Origin: Eledone cirrhosa
Taxonomy: Eukaryota
Reading direction: 5' to 3'
Length of the DNA: 64,000 nt
Assembly: GCA_964016885.1 (NCBI GenBank)
Contig: OZ024740.1
Span: 417,012,001-417,076,000 of the forward strand
In this document: piece after piece, positions 1 through 18,000 of the stretch
Layout of the letters: each line of letters opens with the position of its first letter
Numbering within the stretch: position 1 is the stretch's first letter
Program-made: the position numbers and the translations under genes
Notes under the pieces: model-generated
Seen by the model: the letters and a program-made list of their open reading frames with translations, nothing else
The model's database searches: none
What the model was told of the DNA's origin: nothing

Positions 1-3000
1 ATACTTCTACAATGATCATATCATATACTCCTCACTAGATAACACTACTACAATGATCATATCATATACTCCTCACTAGATAACACTACCTCAATGATCA
101 TATCATATACTCCTCACTAGATAACTCTACCTCAATGATCATATCATATACTCCTCACGAGATGACACTACTACAATGATCATATCATATACTCCTCACT
201 AGATAACACTACTACAATGATCATATCATATACTCCTCACTAGATAACACTACTACAATGATCATATCATATACTCCTCACTAGATAACACTACCTCAAT
301 GATCATAGCATATACTCCTTACTAGATAACACTACCTCAATGATCATAGCATATACTCCTCACTAGATAACACTACCTCAATGATCATAGCATATACTCC
401 TCAATAGATAACACTACTACAATGATCATAGCATATACTCCTCAATAGATAACACTACTACAATGATCATAGCATATACTCCTCACTAGATAACACTACC
501 TCAATGATCATATCATATACTCCTCACTAGATAACACTACCTCAATGATCATAGCATATACTCCTCACTAGATAACACTACCTCAATGATCATAGCATAT
601 ACTCCTCACTAGATAACACTACCTCAATGATCATAGCATATACTCCTCACTAGATAACACTACTACAATGATCATAGCATATACTCCTTACTAGATAACA
701 CTACCTCAATGATCATAGCATATACTCCTCACTAGATAACACTACCTCAATGATCATGGCATATACTCCTCACTAGATAACACTACTACAATGATCATAT
801 CTTATACTCCTTACTAGATAACACTACCTCAATGAAAGCATATACTCCTCACTAGATAACACTACCTCAATGATCATGGCATATACTCCTCACTAGATAA
901 CACTACCTCAATGATCATAGCATATACTCCTCACTAGATAACACTACCTCAATGATCATAGCATATACTCCTCACTAGATAACACTACCTCAATAATCAT
1001 ATCATATACTCCTCACTAGATAACACTACTACAATGATCATATCATATACACCTCACTAGATAACACTACTACAATGATCATATCATATACTCCTCACTA
1101 GATAACACTACCTCAATAATCATGGCATATACCTCTCACTAGATAACACTACCTCAATAATCATGGCATATACTCCTCACTAGATAACACTACCTCAATA
1201 ATCATGGCATATACTCCTCACTAGATAACACTACCTCAATAATCATGGCATATACTCCTCACTAGATAACACTACCTCAATAATCATGGCATATACTCCT
1301 CACTAGATAACACTACCTCAATAATCATGGCATATACTCCTCACTAGATAACACTACCTCAATAATCATGGCATATACTCCTCACTAGATAACACTACTA
1401 CAATGATCATACCATATACTCCTCACTAGATAACACTACTACAATGATCATATCTTATACTCCTTACTAGATAACACTACCTCAATAATCATATCATATA
1501 CTCCATACTAGATAACACTTCTACAATGATCATAGCATATACTCCTCACTAGATAACACTACCTCAATGATCATAGCATATACTCCTCACTAGATAACAC
1601 TACCTCAATGATCATAGCATATACTCCTTACTAGATAACACTACCTCAATGATCATAGCATATACTCCTCAATAGATAACACTACTACAATGATCATAGC
1701 ATATACTCCTCAATAGATAACACTACCTCAATGATCATATCATATACTCCTCACTAGATAACACTACCTCAATGATCATATCATATACTCCTCACTAGAT
1801 AACACTACCTCAATGATCATAGCATATACTCCTTACTAGATAACACTACCTCAATGATCAAAGCATATACTCCTTACTAGATAACACTACCTCAATGATC
1901 ATGGCATATACTCCTCACTAGATAACACTACTACAATGATCATATCTTATACTCCTTACTAGATAACACTACCTCAATGATCATAGCATATACTCCTCAC
2001 TAGATAACACTACCTCAATGATCATAGCATATACTCCTCACTAGATAACACTACCTCAATGATCATAGCATATACTCCTCACTAGATAACACTACCTCAA
2101 TGATCATAGCATATACTCCTCACTAGATAACACTACCTCAATGAAAGCATATACTCCTCACTAGATAACACTACCTCAATGATCATAACATATACTCCTC
2201 ACTAGATAACACTACCTTAATGATCATATCATATACTCCTCACTAGATAACACTACCTCAATGATCATAACATATACTCCTCACTAGATAACACTACCTC
2301 AATGATCATAGCATATACTCCTCACTAGATAACACTACCTCAATGATCATAACATATACTCCTCACTAGATAACACTACCTCAATGATCATAACATATAC
2401 TCCTCACTAGATAACACTACCTTAATGATCATATCATATACTCCTCACTAGATAACACTACCTCAATGATCATAGCATATACTCCTCACTAGATAACACT
2501 ACCTCAATAATCATATCATATACTCCTCACTAGATAACACTACTACAATGATCATAGCATATACTCCTTACTAGATAACACTACCTCAATGATCATAACA
2601 TATACTCCTCAATAGATAACACTACCTCAATGATCATAGCATATACTCCTCACTAGATAACACTACCTCAATGATCATAGCATATACTCCTCACTAGATA
2701 ACACTACCTCAATGATCATAGCATATACTCCTCACTAGATAACACTACCTCAATGATCATAGCATATACTCCTCACTAGATAACACTACCTCAATGATCA
2801 TAGCATATACTCCTCACTAGATAACACTACCTCAATGATCATAGCATATACTCCTCACTAGATAACACTACCTCAATGATCATAGCATATACTCCTTACT
2901 AGATAACACTACCTCAATGATCATATCATATACTCCTCAATAGATAACACTACTACAATGATCATAGCATATACTCCTCACTAGATAACACTACCTCAAT

Positions 3001-6000
3001 GATCATATCATATACTCCTCAATAGATAACACTACCTCAATGATCATATCATATACTCCTCACTAGATGACACTAGTACAATGATCAGAGCATATACTCC
3101 TTACTAGATAACACTACCTCAATGATCATAGCATATACTCCTCAATAGATAACACTACCTCAATGATCATAGCATATACTCCTCACTAGATAACACTACT
3201 ACAATAATCATACCATATACTCCTTATTAGATAACACTATCTCAATGATCATAGCATATACTCCTTACTAGATAACACTACCTCAATGATCATAGCATAT
3301 ACTCCTCACTAGATAACACTAGTACAATGATCATAGCATATACTCCTTACTAGATAACACTACCTCAATGATCATATCATATACTCCTCACTAGATAACA
3401 CTACCTCAACGATCATAGCATATACTCCTCACTAGATAACACTACTACAATGATCATAGCATATACTCCTCACTAGATAACACTACCTCAACGATCATAT
3501 CATATACTCCTCACTAGATAACACTACTACAATGATCATAGCATATACTCCTCACTAGATAACACTACCTCAATGATCATAGCATATACTCCTCACTAGA
3601 TAACACTACCTCAATGATCATAGCATATACTCCTCACTAGATAACACTACCTCAATGATCATAACATATACTCCTCACTAGATAACACTACCTCAATAAT
3701 CATGGCATATACTCCTCACTAGATAACACTACCTCAATAATCATGGCATATACTCCTCACTAGATAACACTACTACAATGATCATAGCATATACTCCTCA
3801 CTAGATGACACTACTACAATGATCATAGCATATACTCCTCACTACATGACACTACTACAATGATCATAGCATATACTCCTCACTAGATAACACTATCTCA
3901 ATGATCATAGCATATACTCCTTACTAGATAACACTACCTCAATGATCATAGCATATACTCCTCACTACATGACACTACTACAATGATCATAGCATATACT
4001 CCTCACTAGATAACACTACCTCAATGATCATAGCATATACTCCTCACTAGATAACACTACTACAATGATCATAGCATATACTCCTCACTAGATAACACTA
4101 CCTCAATGATCATAGCATATACTCCTCCCTACATAACACTACTACAATGATTGTAGCATATACTCCTCACTAGATAACACTTCTACAATGATCATAGCAT
4201 ATACTCCTCACTAGATAACACTACCTCAATGATCATAGCATATACTCCTCACTAGATAACACTACTACAATGATCATAGCATATACTCCTTACTAGATAA
4301 CACTACCTCAATGATCATATCATATACTCCTCACTAGATAACACTTCAACAATGATCATAGCATATACTCCTCACTACATAACACTACTACAATGATTGT
4401 AGCATATACTCATCACTAGATAACACTTCTACAATGATCATAGCATATACTCCTTACTAGATAACACTATCTCAATGATCATATCATATACTCCTCACTA
4501 GATAACACTTCAACAATGATCATAGCATATACTCCTCACTACATAACACTACTACAATGATTGTAGCATATACTCATCATAAGATAACACTTCTACAATG
4601 ATCATACCATATACTCCTCACTACATAACACTACTACAATGATCATAGCATATACTCCTCACTAGATAAAACTACTACAATGATCATAGCATATACTCCT
4701 CACTAGATAACACTACCTCAATGATCATAACATATACTCCTCACTAGATAACACTACCTCAATGATCATGGCATATACTCCTCACTAGATAACACTACCT
4801 CAATGATCATAGCATATACTCCTCACTAGATAACACTACCTCAATAATCATGGCATATACTCCTCACTAGATTACACTACCTCAATGATCATATCATATA
4901 CTCCTCACTAGATGACACTAGTACAATGATCATAGCATATACTCCTTACTAGATAACACTACCTCAATGATCATAGCATATACTCCTCACTAGATAACAC
5001 TACCTCAATGATCATAGCATATACTCCTCACTAGATAACACTACCTCAATGATCATAGCATATACTCCTCACTAGATAACTCTACCTCAATGATCATAGC
5101 ATATACTCCTCACTAGATAACTCTACCTCAATGATCATAGCATATACTCCTCACTAGATAACACTACCTCAATGATCATAACATATACTCCTCACTAGAT
5201 AACTCTACCTCAATGATCATAGCATATACTCCTCACTAGATAACTCTACCTCAATGATCATAGCATATACTCCTCACTAGATAACACTACCTCAATGATC
5301 ATAGCATATACTCCTCACTAGATAACACTACCTCAATGATCATAGCATATACACCTCACTAGATAACACTACTACAATGATCATATCATATACTCCTCAC
5401 TAGATAACACTACCTCAATGATAGCATATACTCCTCACTAGATAACACTACCTTAATGATCATATCATATACTCCTCACTAGATAACACTACTACAATGA
5501 TCATAGCATATACTCCTCACTAGATAACACTACCTCAATGATCATAGCATATACTCCTCACTAGATGACACTAGTACAATGATCATAACATATACTCCTC
5601 ACTAGATAACACTACCTCAATGATCATGGCGTATACTCCTCACTAGATAACACTACCTCAATGATCATAGCATATACTCCTCACTAGATAACACAACCTC
5701 AATGATCATAGCATATACTCCTCACTAGATAACACTACCTCAATGATCATAACATATACTCCTCACTAGATAACACTACCTCAATGATCATAACATATAC
5801 TCCTCACTAGATAACACTACCTTAATGATCATATCATATACTCCTCACTAGATAACACTACCTCAATGATCATAGCATATACTCCTCACTAGATAACACT
5901 ACCTCAATAATCATATCATATACTCCTCACTAGATAACACTACTACAATGATCATAGCATATACTCCTTACTAGATAACACTACCTCAATGATCATAACA

Positions 6001-9000
6001 TATACTTCTCAATAGATAACACTACCTCAATGATCATAGCATATACTCCTCACTAGATAACACTACCTCAATGATCATAGCATATACTCCTCACTAGATA
6101 ACACTACCTCAATGATCATAGCATATACTCCTCACTAGATAACACTACCTCAATGATCATAGCATATACTCCTCACTAGATAACACTACCTCAATGATCA
6201 TAGCATATACTCCTCACTAGATAACACTACCTCAATGATCATAGCATATACTCCTCACTAGATAACACTACCTCAATGATCATAGCATATACTCCTTACT
6301 AGATAACACTACCTCAATGATCATATCATATACTCCTCAATAGATAACACTACTACAATGATCATAGCATATACTCCTCACTAGATAACACTACCTCAAT
6401 GATCATATCATATACTCCTCAATAGATAACACTACCTCAATGATCATATCATATACTCCTCACTAGATGACACTAGTACAATGATCAGAGCATATACTCC
6501 TTACTAGATAACACTACCTCAATGATCATAGCATATACTCCTCAAAAGATAACACTACCTCAATGATCATAGCATATACTCCTCACTAGATAACACTACT
6601 ACAATAATCATACCATATACTCCTTATTAGATAACACTATCTCAATGATCATAGCATATACTCCTTACTAGATAACACTACCTCAATGATCATAGCATAT
6701 ACTCCTCACTAGATAACACTAGTACAATGATCATAGCATATACTCCTTACTAGATAACACTACCTCAATGATCATATCATATACTCCTCACTAGATAACA
6801 CTACCTCAACGATCATAGCATATACTCCTCACTAGATAACACTACTACAATGATCATAGCATATACTCCTCACTAGATAACACTACCTCAACGATCATAT
6901 CATATACTCCTCACTAGATAACACTACTACAATGATCATAGCATATACTCCTCACTAGATAACACTACCTCAATGATCATAGCATATACTCCTCACTAGA
7001 TAACACTACCTCAATGATCATAGCATATACTCCTCACTAGATAACACTACCTCAATGATCATAGCATATACTCCTCACTAGATAACACTACCTCAATAAT
7101 CATGGCATATACTCCTCACTAGATAACACTACCTCAATAATCATGGCATATACTCCTCACTAGATAACACTACTACAATGATCATAGCATATACTCCTCA
7201 CTAGATGACACTACTACAATGATCATAGCATATACTCCTCACTACATGACACTACTACAATGATCATAGCATATACTCCTCACTAGATAACACTATCTCA
7301 ATGATCATAGCATATACTCCTTACTAGATAACACTACCTCAATGATCATAGCATATACTCCTCACTACATGACACTACTACAATGATCATAGCATATACT
7401 CCTCACTAGATAACACTACCTCAATGATCATAGCATATACTCCTCACTAGATAACACTACTACAATGATCATAGCATATACTCCTCACTAGATAACACTA
7501 CCTCAATGATCATAGCATATACTCCTCCCTACATAACACTACTACAATGATTGTAGCATATACTCCTCACTAGATAACACTTCTACAATGATCATAGCAT
7601 ATACTCCTCACTAGATAACACTACCTCAATGATCATAGCATATACTCCTCACTAGATAACACTACTACAATGATCATAGCATATACTCCTTACTAGATAA
7701 CACTACCTCAATGATCATATCATATACTCCTCACTAGATAACACTTCAACAATGATCATAGCATATACTCCTCACTACATAACACTACTACAATGATTGT
7801 AGCATATACTCATCACTAGATAACACTTCTACAATGATCATAGCATATACTCCTTACTAGATAACACTATCTCAATGATCATATCATATACTCCTCACTA
7901 GATAACACTTCAACAATGATCATAGCATATACTCCTCACTACATAACACTACTACAATGATTGTAGCATATACTCATCATAAGATAACACTTCTACAATG
8001 ATCATACCATATACTCCTCACTACATAACACTACTACAATGATCATAGCATATACTCCTCACTAGATAAAACTACTACAATGATCATAGCATATACTCCT
8101 CACTAGATAACACTACCTCAATGATCATAACATATACTCCTCACTAGATAACACTACCTCAATGATCATGGCATATACTCCTCACTAGATAACACTACCT
8201 CAATGATCATAGCATATACTCCTCACTAGATAACACTACCTCAATAATCATGGCATATACTCCTCACTAGATTACACTACCTCAATGATCATATCATATA
8301 CTCCTCACTAGATGACACTAGTACAATGATCATAGCATATACTCCTTACTAGATAACACTACCTCAATGATCATAGCATATACTCCTCACTAGATAACAC
8401 TACCTCAATGATCATAGCATATACTCCTCACTAGATAACACTACCTCAATGATCATAGCATATACTCCTCACTAGATAACTCTACCTCAATGATCATAGC
8501 ATATACTCCTCACTAGATAACTCTACCTCAATGATCATAGCATATACTCCTCACTAGATAACACTACCTCAATGATCATAACATATACTCCTCACTAGAT
8601 AACTCTACCTCAATGATCATAGCATATACTCCTCACTAGATAACTCTACCTCAATGATCATAGCATATACTCCTCACTAGATAACACTACCTCAATGATC
8701 ATAGCATATACTCCTCACTAGATAACACTACCTCAATGATCATAGCATATACACCTCACTAGATAACACTACTACAATGATCATATCATATACTCCTCAC
8801 TAGATAACACTACCTCAATGATAGCATATACTCCTCACTAGATAACACTACCTTAATGATCATATCATATACTCCTCACTAGATAACACTACTACAATGA
8901 TCATAGCATATACTCCTCACTAGATAACACTACCTCAATGATCATAGCATATACTCCTCACTAGATGACACTAGTACAATGATCATAACATATACTCCTC

Positions 9001-12000
9001 ACTAGATAACACTACCTCAATGATCATGGCGTATACTCCTCACTAGATAACACTACCTCAATGATCATAGCATATACTCCTCACTAGATAACACTACCTC
9101 AATGATCATAGCATATACTCCTCACTAGATAACAGTACCTCAATAATCATATCATATACTCCTCACTAGATAACACTACTACAATGATCATAGCATATAC
9201 TCCTTACTAGATAACACTACCTCAATGATCATAACATATACTCCTCAATAGATAACACTACCTCAATGATCATAGCATATACTCCTCACTAGATAACACT
9301 ACCTCAATGATCATAGCATATACTCCTCACTAGATAACACTACCTCAATGATCATAGCATATACTCCTCACTAGATAACACTACCTCAATGATCATAGCA
9401 TATACTCCTCACTAGATAACACTACCTCAATGATCATAGCATATACTCCTCACTAGATAACACTACCTCAATGATCATAGCATATACTCCTCACTAGATA
9501 ACACTACCTCAATGATCATAGCATATACTCCTCACTAGATAACACTACCTCAATGATCATAGCATATACTCCTCACTAGATAACACTACCTCAATGATCA
9601 TAGCATATACTCCTCACTAGATAACACTACCTCAATGATCATAGCATATACTCCTTACTAGATAACACTACCTCAATGATCATATCATATACTCCTCAAT
9701 AGATAACACTACTACAATGATCATAGCATATACTCCTCACTAGATAACACTACCTCAATGATCATATCATATACTCCTCACTAGATGACACTAGTACAAT
9801 GATCAGAGCATATACTCCTTACTAGATAACACTACTTCAATGATCATAGCATATACTCCTCAATAGATAACACTACCTCAATGATCATAGCATATACTCC
9901 TCACTAGATAACACTTCTACAATAATCATACCATATACTCCTTATTAGATAACACTATCTCAATGATCATAGCATATACTCCTTACTAGATAACACTACC
10001 TCAATGATCATAGCATATACTCCTCACTAGATAACACTACCTCAATGATCATATCATATACTCCTCACCAGATAACACTACCTCAACGATCATAGCATAT
10101 ACTCCTCATTAGATAACACTACTACAATGATCATAGCATATACTCCTCACTAGATAACACTACCTCAACGATCATATCATATACTCCTCACTAGATAACA
10201 CTACTACAATGATCATAGCATATACTCCTCACTAGATAACACTACCTCAATGATCATAGCATATACTCCTCACTAGATAACACTACCTCAATGATCATAG
10301 CATATACTCCTCACTAGATAACACTACCTCAATGATCATAGCATATACTCCTCACTAGATAACACTACTTCAATAATCATGGCATATACTCCTCACTAGA
10401 TAACACTACCTCAATAATCATGGCATATACTCCTCACTAGATAACACTACTACAATGATCATAGCATATACTCCTCACTAGATGACACTACTACAATGAT
10501 CATAGCATATACTCCTTACTAGATAACACTACCTCAATGATCATAGCATATACTCCTCACTACATGACACTACTACAATGATCATAGCATATACTCCTCA
10601 CTAGATAACACTACCTCAATGATCATAGCATATACTCCTCACTAGATAACACTACTACAATGATCATAGCATATACTCCTCACTAGATAACACTACCTCA
10701 ATGATCATAGCATATACTCCTTATTAGATATCACTACCTCAATGATCATAGCATATACTCCTTACTAGATAACACTATCTCAATGATCATAGCATATACT
10801 CCTTACTAGATAACACTACCTCAATGATCATAGCATATACTCCTCACTACATGACACTACTAGAATGATCATAGCATATACTCCTCACTAGATAACACTA
10901 CCTCAATGATCATAGCATATACTCCTCACTAGATAACACTACTACAATGATCATAGCATATACTCCTCACTAGATAACACTACCTCAATGATCATAGCAT
11001 ATACTCCTCACTACATAACACTACTACAATGATTGTAGCATATACTCCTCACTAGATAACACTTCTACAATGATCGTAGCATATACTCCTCACTAGATAG
11101 CACTACTACAATGATCATAGCATATACTCCTTACTAGATAAAACTACTACAATGATCATAGCATATACTCCTTACTAGATAACACTATCTCAATGATCAT
11201 AGCATATACTCCTTACTAGATAACACTACCTCAATGATCATAGCATATACTCCTCACTACATGACACTACTACAATGATTGTAGCATATACTCATCACTA
11301 GTTAACACTTCTACAATGATCATAGCATATACTCCTCACTAGATAACACTACTACAATGATTGTAGCATATACTCCTCACTAGATAACACTTCAACAATG
11401 ATCATAGCATATACTCCTCACTACATAACACTACTACAATGATTGTAGCATATACTCATCATAAGATAACACTTCTACAATGATCATACCATATACTCCT
11501 CACTAGATAACACTACCTCAATGATCATAGCATATACTCCTTACTAGATAACACTACTTCAATGATCATAGCATATACTCCTCACTAGATAACACTACTT
11601 CAATGATCATAGCATATACTCCTCACTAGATAACACTACCTCAATGATCATAGCATATACTCCTTACTAGATAACACTACTTCAATGATCATAGCATATA
11701 CTCCTTACTAGATAACACTACTTCAATGATCATAGCATATACTCCTCACTAGATGACACTAGTACAATGATCATAGCATATACTCCTTACTAGATAACAC
11801 TACCTCAATGATCATAGCATATACTCCTCACTAGATAACACTACCTCAATAATCATGGCATATACTCCTCACTAGATAACACTACCTCAATGATCATAGC
11901 ATATACTCCTCACTAGATAACACTACCTCAATAATCATGGCATATACTCCTCACTAGATTACACTACCTCAATGAAAATATCATATACTCCTCACTAGAT

Positions 12001-15000
12001 GACACTAGTACAATGATCATAGCATATACTCCTTACTAGATAACACTACCTCAATGATCATAGCATATACTCCTCACTAGATAACACTACCTCAATGATC
12101 ATAACATATACTCCTCACTAGATAACACTACCTCAATGATCATAGCATATACTCCTCACTACATGACACTACCTCAATGATCATATCATATACTCCTTAC
12201 TAGATAACACTACCTCAATGATCATAGCATATACTCCTCACTAGATAACACTACCTCAATGATCATAGCATATACTCCTCACTAGATAACACTACCTCAA
12301 TGATCATAGCATATACTCCTCACTAGATAACTCTACCTCAATGATCATAACATATACTCCTTACTAGATAACACTACTACAATGATCATAACATATACTC
12401 CTCACTAGATAACACTACCTCAATGATCATAGCATATACTCCTCACTAGATAACTCTACCTCAATGATCATAGCATATACTCCTCACTAGATAACACTAC
12501 CTCAATGATCATAACATATACTCCTCACTAGATAACTCTACCTCAATGATCATAGCATATACTCCTCACTAGATAACACTACTACAATGATCATATCATA
12601 TACTCCTCACTAGATAACACTACCTCAATGATAGCATATACTCCTCACTAGATAACACTACCTCAATGATCATATCATATACTCCTCACTAGATAACACT
12701 ACCTCAATGATCATAGCATATACTCCTCACTAGATAACACTACCTCAATGATCATAGCATATACTCCTCACTAGATGACACTAGTATAATGATCATAACA
12801 TATACTCCTCACTAGATTACACTACCTCAATGATCATAGCATATACTCCTCACTAGATAACACTACCTCATTATCATAGCATATACTCCTCACTAGATAA
12901 CTCTACCTCATTGATCATAGCATATACTCCTCACTAGATAACTATACCTCATTGATCATAGCATATACTCCTCACTAGATAACTCTACCTCATTGATCAT
13001 AGCATATACTCCTCACTAGATAACACTACCTCAATGATCATAGCATATACTCCTCACTAGATAACACTACCTCATTGATCATAGCATATACTCCTCACTA
13101 GATAACTCTACCTCATTGATCATAGCATATACTCCTCACTAGATAACACTACCTCAATGATCATAGCATATACTCCTCACTAGATAACTATACCTCATTG
13201 ATCATAGCATATACTCCTCACTAGATAACTCTACCTCATTGATCATAGCATATACTCCTCACTAGATAACACTACCTCAATGATCATAGCATATACTCCT
13301 CACTAGATAACTCTACCTCATTGATCATAACATATACTCCTCACTAGATTACACTACCTCAATGATCATAGCATATACTCCTCACTAGATAACACTACCT
13401 CATTATCATAGCATATACTCCTCACTAGATAACTCTACCTCATTGATCATAGCATATACTCCTCACTAGATAACACTACCTCAATGATCATAGCATATAA
13501 TCCTAACTAGATAACACTACCTCAATGATCATAGCATATACTCCTCACTAGATAACACTACCTCAATTATCATAGCATATACTCCTCACTACATAACACT
13601 ACTACAATGATCATAACATATACTCCTCACTAGATAACACTACCTCAATGATCATAGCATATACTCCTCACTAGATAACACTACCTCAATGATCATAACA
13701 TATACTCCTCACTAGATAACACTATCTCAATGATCATATCATATACTCCTCACTAGATAACACTACCTCAATGATCATAGCATATTCTCCTCACTAGATA
13801 ACACTACCTCAATGATCATAGCATATACTCCTCACTAGATAACACTACTACAATGATCATAACATATACTCCTCACTAGATAACACTACCTCAATTATCA
13901 TAGCATATACTCTTCACTACATAACACTACTACAATGATCATAACATATACTCCTCACTAGATAACACTACCGCAATGATCATAGCATATACTCCTCACT
14001 AGATAACACTACCTCAATGATCATAGCATATACTCCTTACAAGATAACACTACCTCAATGATCATAGCATATACTCCTCACTAGATAACACTACTACGAT
14101 GATCATAACATATACTCCTCACTAGATAACACTACCTCAATGATCATAACATATACTCCTCACTAGATAACACTACCTCAATGATCATAGCATATACTCC
14201 TCACTAGATAACACTACTACGATGATCATAACATATACTCCTCACTAGATAATACTACCTCAATGATCATAGCATATACTCCTCACTAGATAACACTACC
14301 TCAATGATCATAGCATATACTCCTCACTAGATAACACTACCTCAATGATCATAGCATATACTCCTCACGAAATAACACTACCTCAATGATCATATCATAT
14401 ACTCCTCACTAGATAACACTACCTCAATGATAGCATATACTCCTCACTAGATAACACTACCTCATTATCATATCATATACTCCTCACTAGATAACACTAC
14501 CTCAATGATCATAGCATATACTCCTCACTTGATAACACTACCTCAATGATCATAGCATATACTCCTCACTAGATAACACTACTACAATTATCATAGCACA
14601 TACTCCTCGCTACATAACACTACCTCAATGATCATAGCATATACTCCTCACTAGATAACACTACCTCAATGATCATAGCATATACTCCTCACTAGATAAC
14701 ACTACTACAATTATCATAGCACATACTCCTCGCTACATAACACTACCTCAATGATCATAGCATATACTCCTCACTAGATAACACTACCTCAATGATCATA
14801 GCATATACTCCTCACTAGATAACACTACTACAATTATCATAGCATATACTCCTCGCTACATAACACTACCTCACTGATAGCATATACTCCTCACTAGATA
14901 ACACTACCTCAATGATCATAGCATATACTCCTCACTAGATAATACTTCCTCAATGATCATAGCATATACTCCTCACTAGATAACACTACTACAATGATCA

Positions 15001-18000
15001 TAGCGTATACTCCTTACTAGATAACACTATCTCAATGATCAAAGCATATACTCCTTACTAGATAACACTACCTCAATAATCATGGCATATACTCCTCACT
15101 AGATAACACTACCTCAATGATCATATCATATACTCCTCACTAGATAACACTACCTCAATGATCATAGCATATACTCCTTATTAGATAACACTACCTCAAT
15201 AATCATGGCATATACTCCTCACTAGATAACACTACCTCAATGATCATAACATATACTCCTCACTAGATAACACTACCTCAATGATCATAACATATACTCC
15301 TCACTAGATAACACTATCTCAATGATCATAGCATATACTCCTCACCAGATAACACTATCTCAATGATCATAACATATACTCCTCACTAGATAACACTACC
15401 TCAATGATCATAGCATATACTCCTTATTAGATAACACTACCTCAATGATCATAGCATATACTCCTTATTAGATAACACTATCTCAATGATTATATCATAT
15501 ACTCCTCAATAGATAACACTAGCTCAATGATCATATCATATACTCCTCACTAGATAACACTACCTCAATGATCATAGCATATACTCCTCACTAGATAACA
15601 CTACCTTAATGATCATATCATATAATCCTCACTAGATAACACTACCTCAATGATCATAGGATATACTCCTTACTAGATAACACTACCTCAATGATCATAG
15701 CATATACTCCTCACTAGATAACACTACCTCAATGATCATATCATATACTCCTTACTAGATAACACTACCTCAATGATCATAGCACATACTCCTTATTAGA
15801 TATCACTACCTCAATGATCATAGCATATACTCCTCACTAGATAACACTACCTCAATGATCATATCATATACTCCTCACTAGATAACACTACCTCAATGAT
15901 CATATCATATACTCCTCACTAGATAACACTACTACAATGATCATAGCGTATACTCCTCACTAGATAACACTACTACAATGATCATAGCATATACTCCTTA
16001 CTAGATAACACTACCTCAATGATCATAGCATATACTCCTTATTAGATAACACTACCTCAATGATCATAGCATATACTCCTCACTAGATAACAGTATCTCA
16101 ATGATCATATCATATACTCCTCACTAGATAAAACTATCTCAATGATCATAGCATATACTCCTTATTAGATTACACTACCTCAATGATCATAGCATATACT
16201 CCTTACTAGATAACACTATCTCAATAATCATAGCATATACTCCTCACTAGATAACACTATCTCAATGATCATATCATATACTCCTTACTAGATAACACTA
16301 CCTCAATGATCATAGCATATACTCCTTATTAGATATCACTACCTCAATGATCATAGCATATACTCCTCACTAGATAACACTACCTCAATGATCATAGCAT
16401 ATACTCCTCACTAGATAACACTACCTCAATGATCATAGCATATACTCCTCACTAGATAACACTACCTCAATGATCATAGCATATACTCCTCACTAGATAA
16501 CACTACCTCAATGATCATAGCATATACTCCTCACTAGATAACACTACCTCAATGATCATAGCATATACTCCTCACTAGATAACACTACCTCAATGATCAT
16601 AGCATATACTCCTCACTAGATAACACTACCTCAATGATCATAGCATATACTCCTCACTAGATAACACTACCTCAATGATCATAGCATATACTCCTCACTA
16701 GATAACACTACCTCAATGATCATAGCATATACTCCTCACTAGATAACACTACCTCAATGATCATAGCATATACTCCTTACTAGATAACACTACCTCAATG
16801 ATCATATCATATACTCCTCAATAGATAACACTACTACAATGATCATAGCATATACTCCTCACTAGATAACACTACCTCAATGATCATATCATATACTCCT
16901 CACTAGATGACACTAGTACAATGATCAGAGCATATACTCCTTACTAGATAACACTACCTCAATGATCATAGCATATACTCCTCAATAGATAACACTACCT
17001 CAATGATCATAGCATATACTCCTCACTAGATAACACTACTACAATAATCATACCATATACTCCTTATTAGATAACACTATCTCAATGATCATAGCATATA
17101 CTCCTTACTAGATAACACTACCTCAATGATCATAGCATATACTCCTCACTAGATAACACTACCTCAATGATCATATCATATACTCCTCACTAGATAACAC
17201 TACCTCAACGATCATAGCATATACTCCTCATTAGATAACACTACTACAATGATCATAGCATATACTCCTCACTAGATAACACTACCTCAACGATCATATC
17301 ATATACTCCTCACTAGATAACACTACTACAATGATCATAGCATATACTCCTCACTAGATAACACTACCTCAATGATCATAGCATATACTCCTCACTAGAT
17401 AACACTACCTCAATGATCATAGCATATACTCCTCACTAGATAACACTACCTCAATGATCATAGCATATACTCCTCACTAGATAACACTACCTCAATAATC
17501 ATGGCATATACTCCTCACTAGATAACACTACCTCAATAATCATGGCATATACTCCTCACTAGATAACACTATTACAATGATCATAGCATATACTCCTCAC
17601 TAGATGACACTACTACAATGATCATAGCATATACTCCTTACTAGATAACACTACCTCAATGATCATAGCATATACTCCTCACTACATGACACTACTACAA
17701 TGATCATAGCATATACTCCTCACTAGATAACACTACCTCAATGATCATAGCATATACTCCTCACTAGATAACACTACTACAATGATCATAGCATATACTC
17801 CTCACTAGATAACACTACCTCAATGATCATAGCATATACTCCTTATTAGATATCACTACCTCAATGATCATAGCATATACTCCTTACTAGATAACACTAT
17901 CTCAATGATCATAGCATATACTCCTTACTAGATAACACTACCTCAATGATCATAGCATATACTCCTCACTACATGACACTACTAGAATGATCATAGCATA

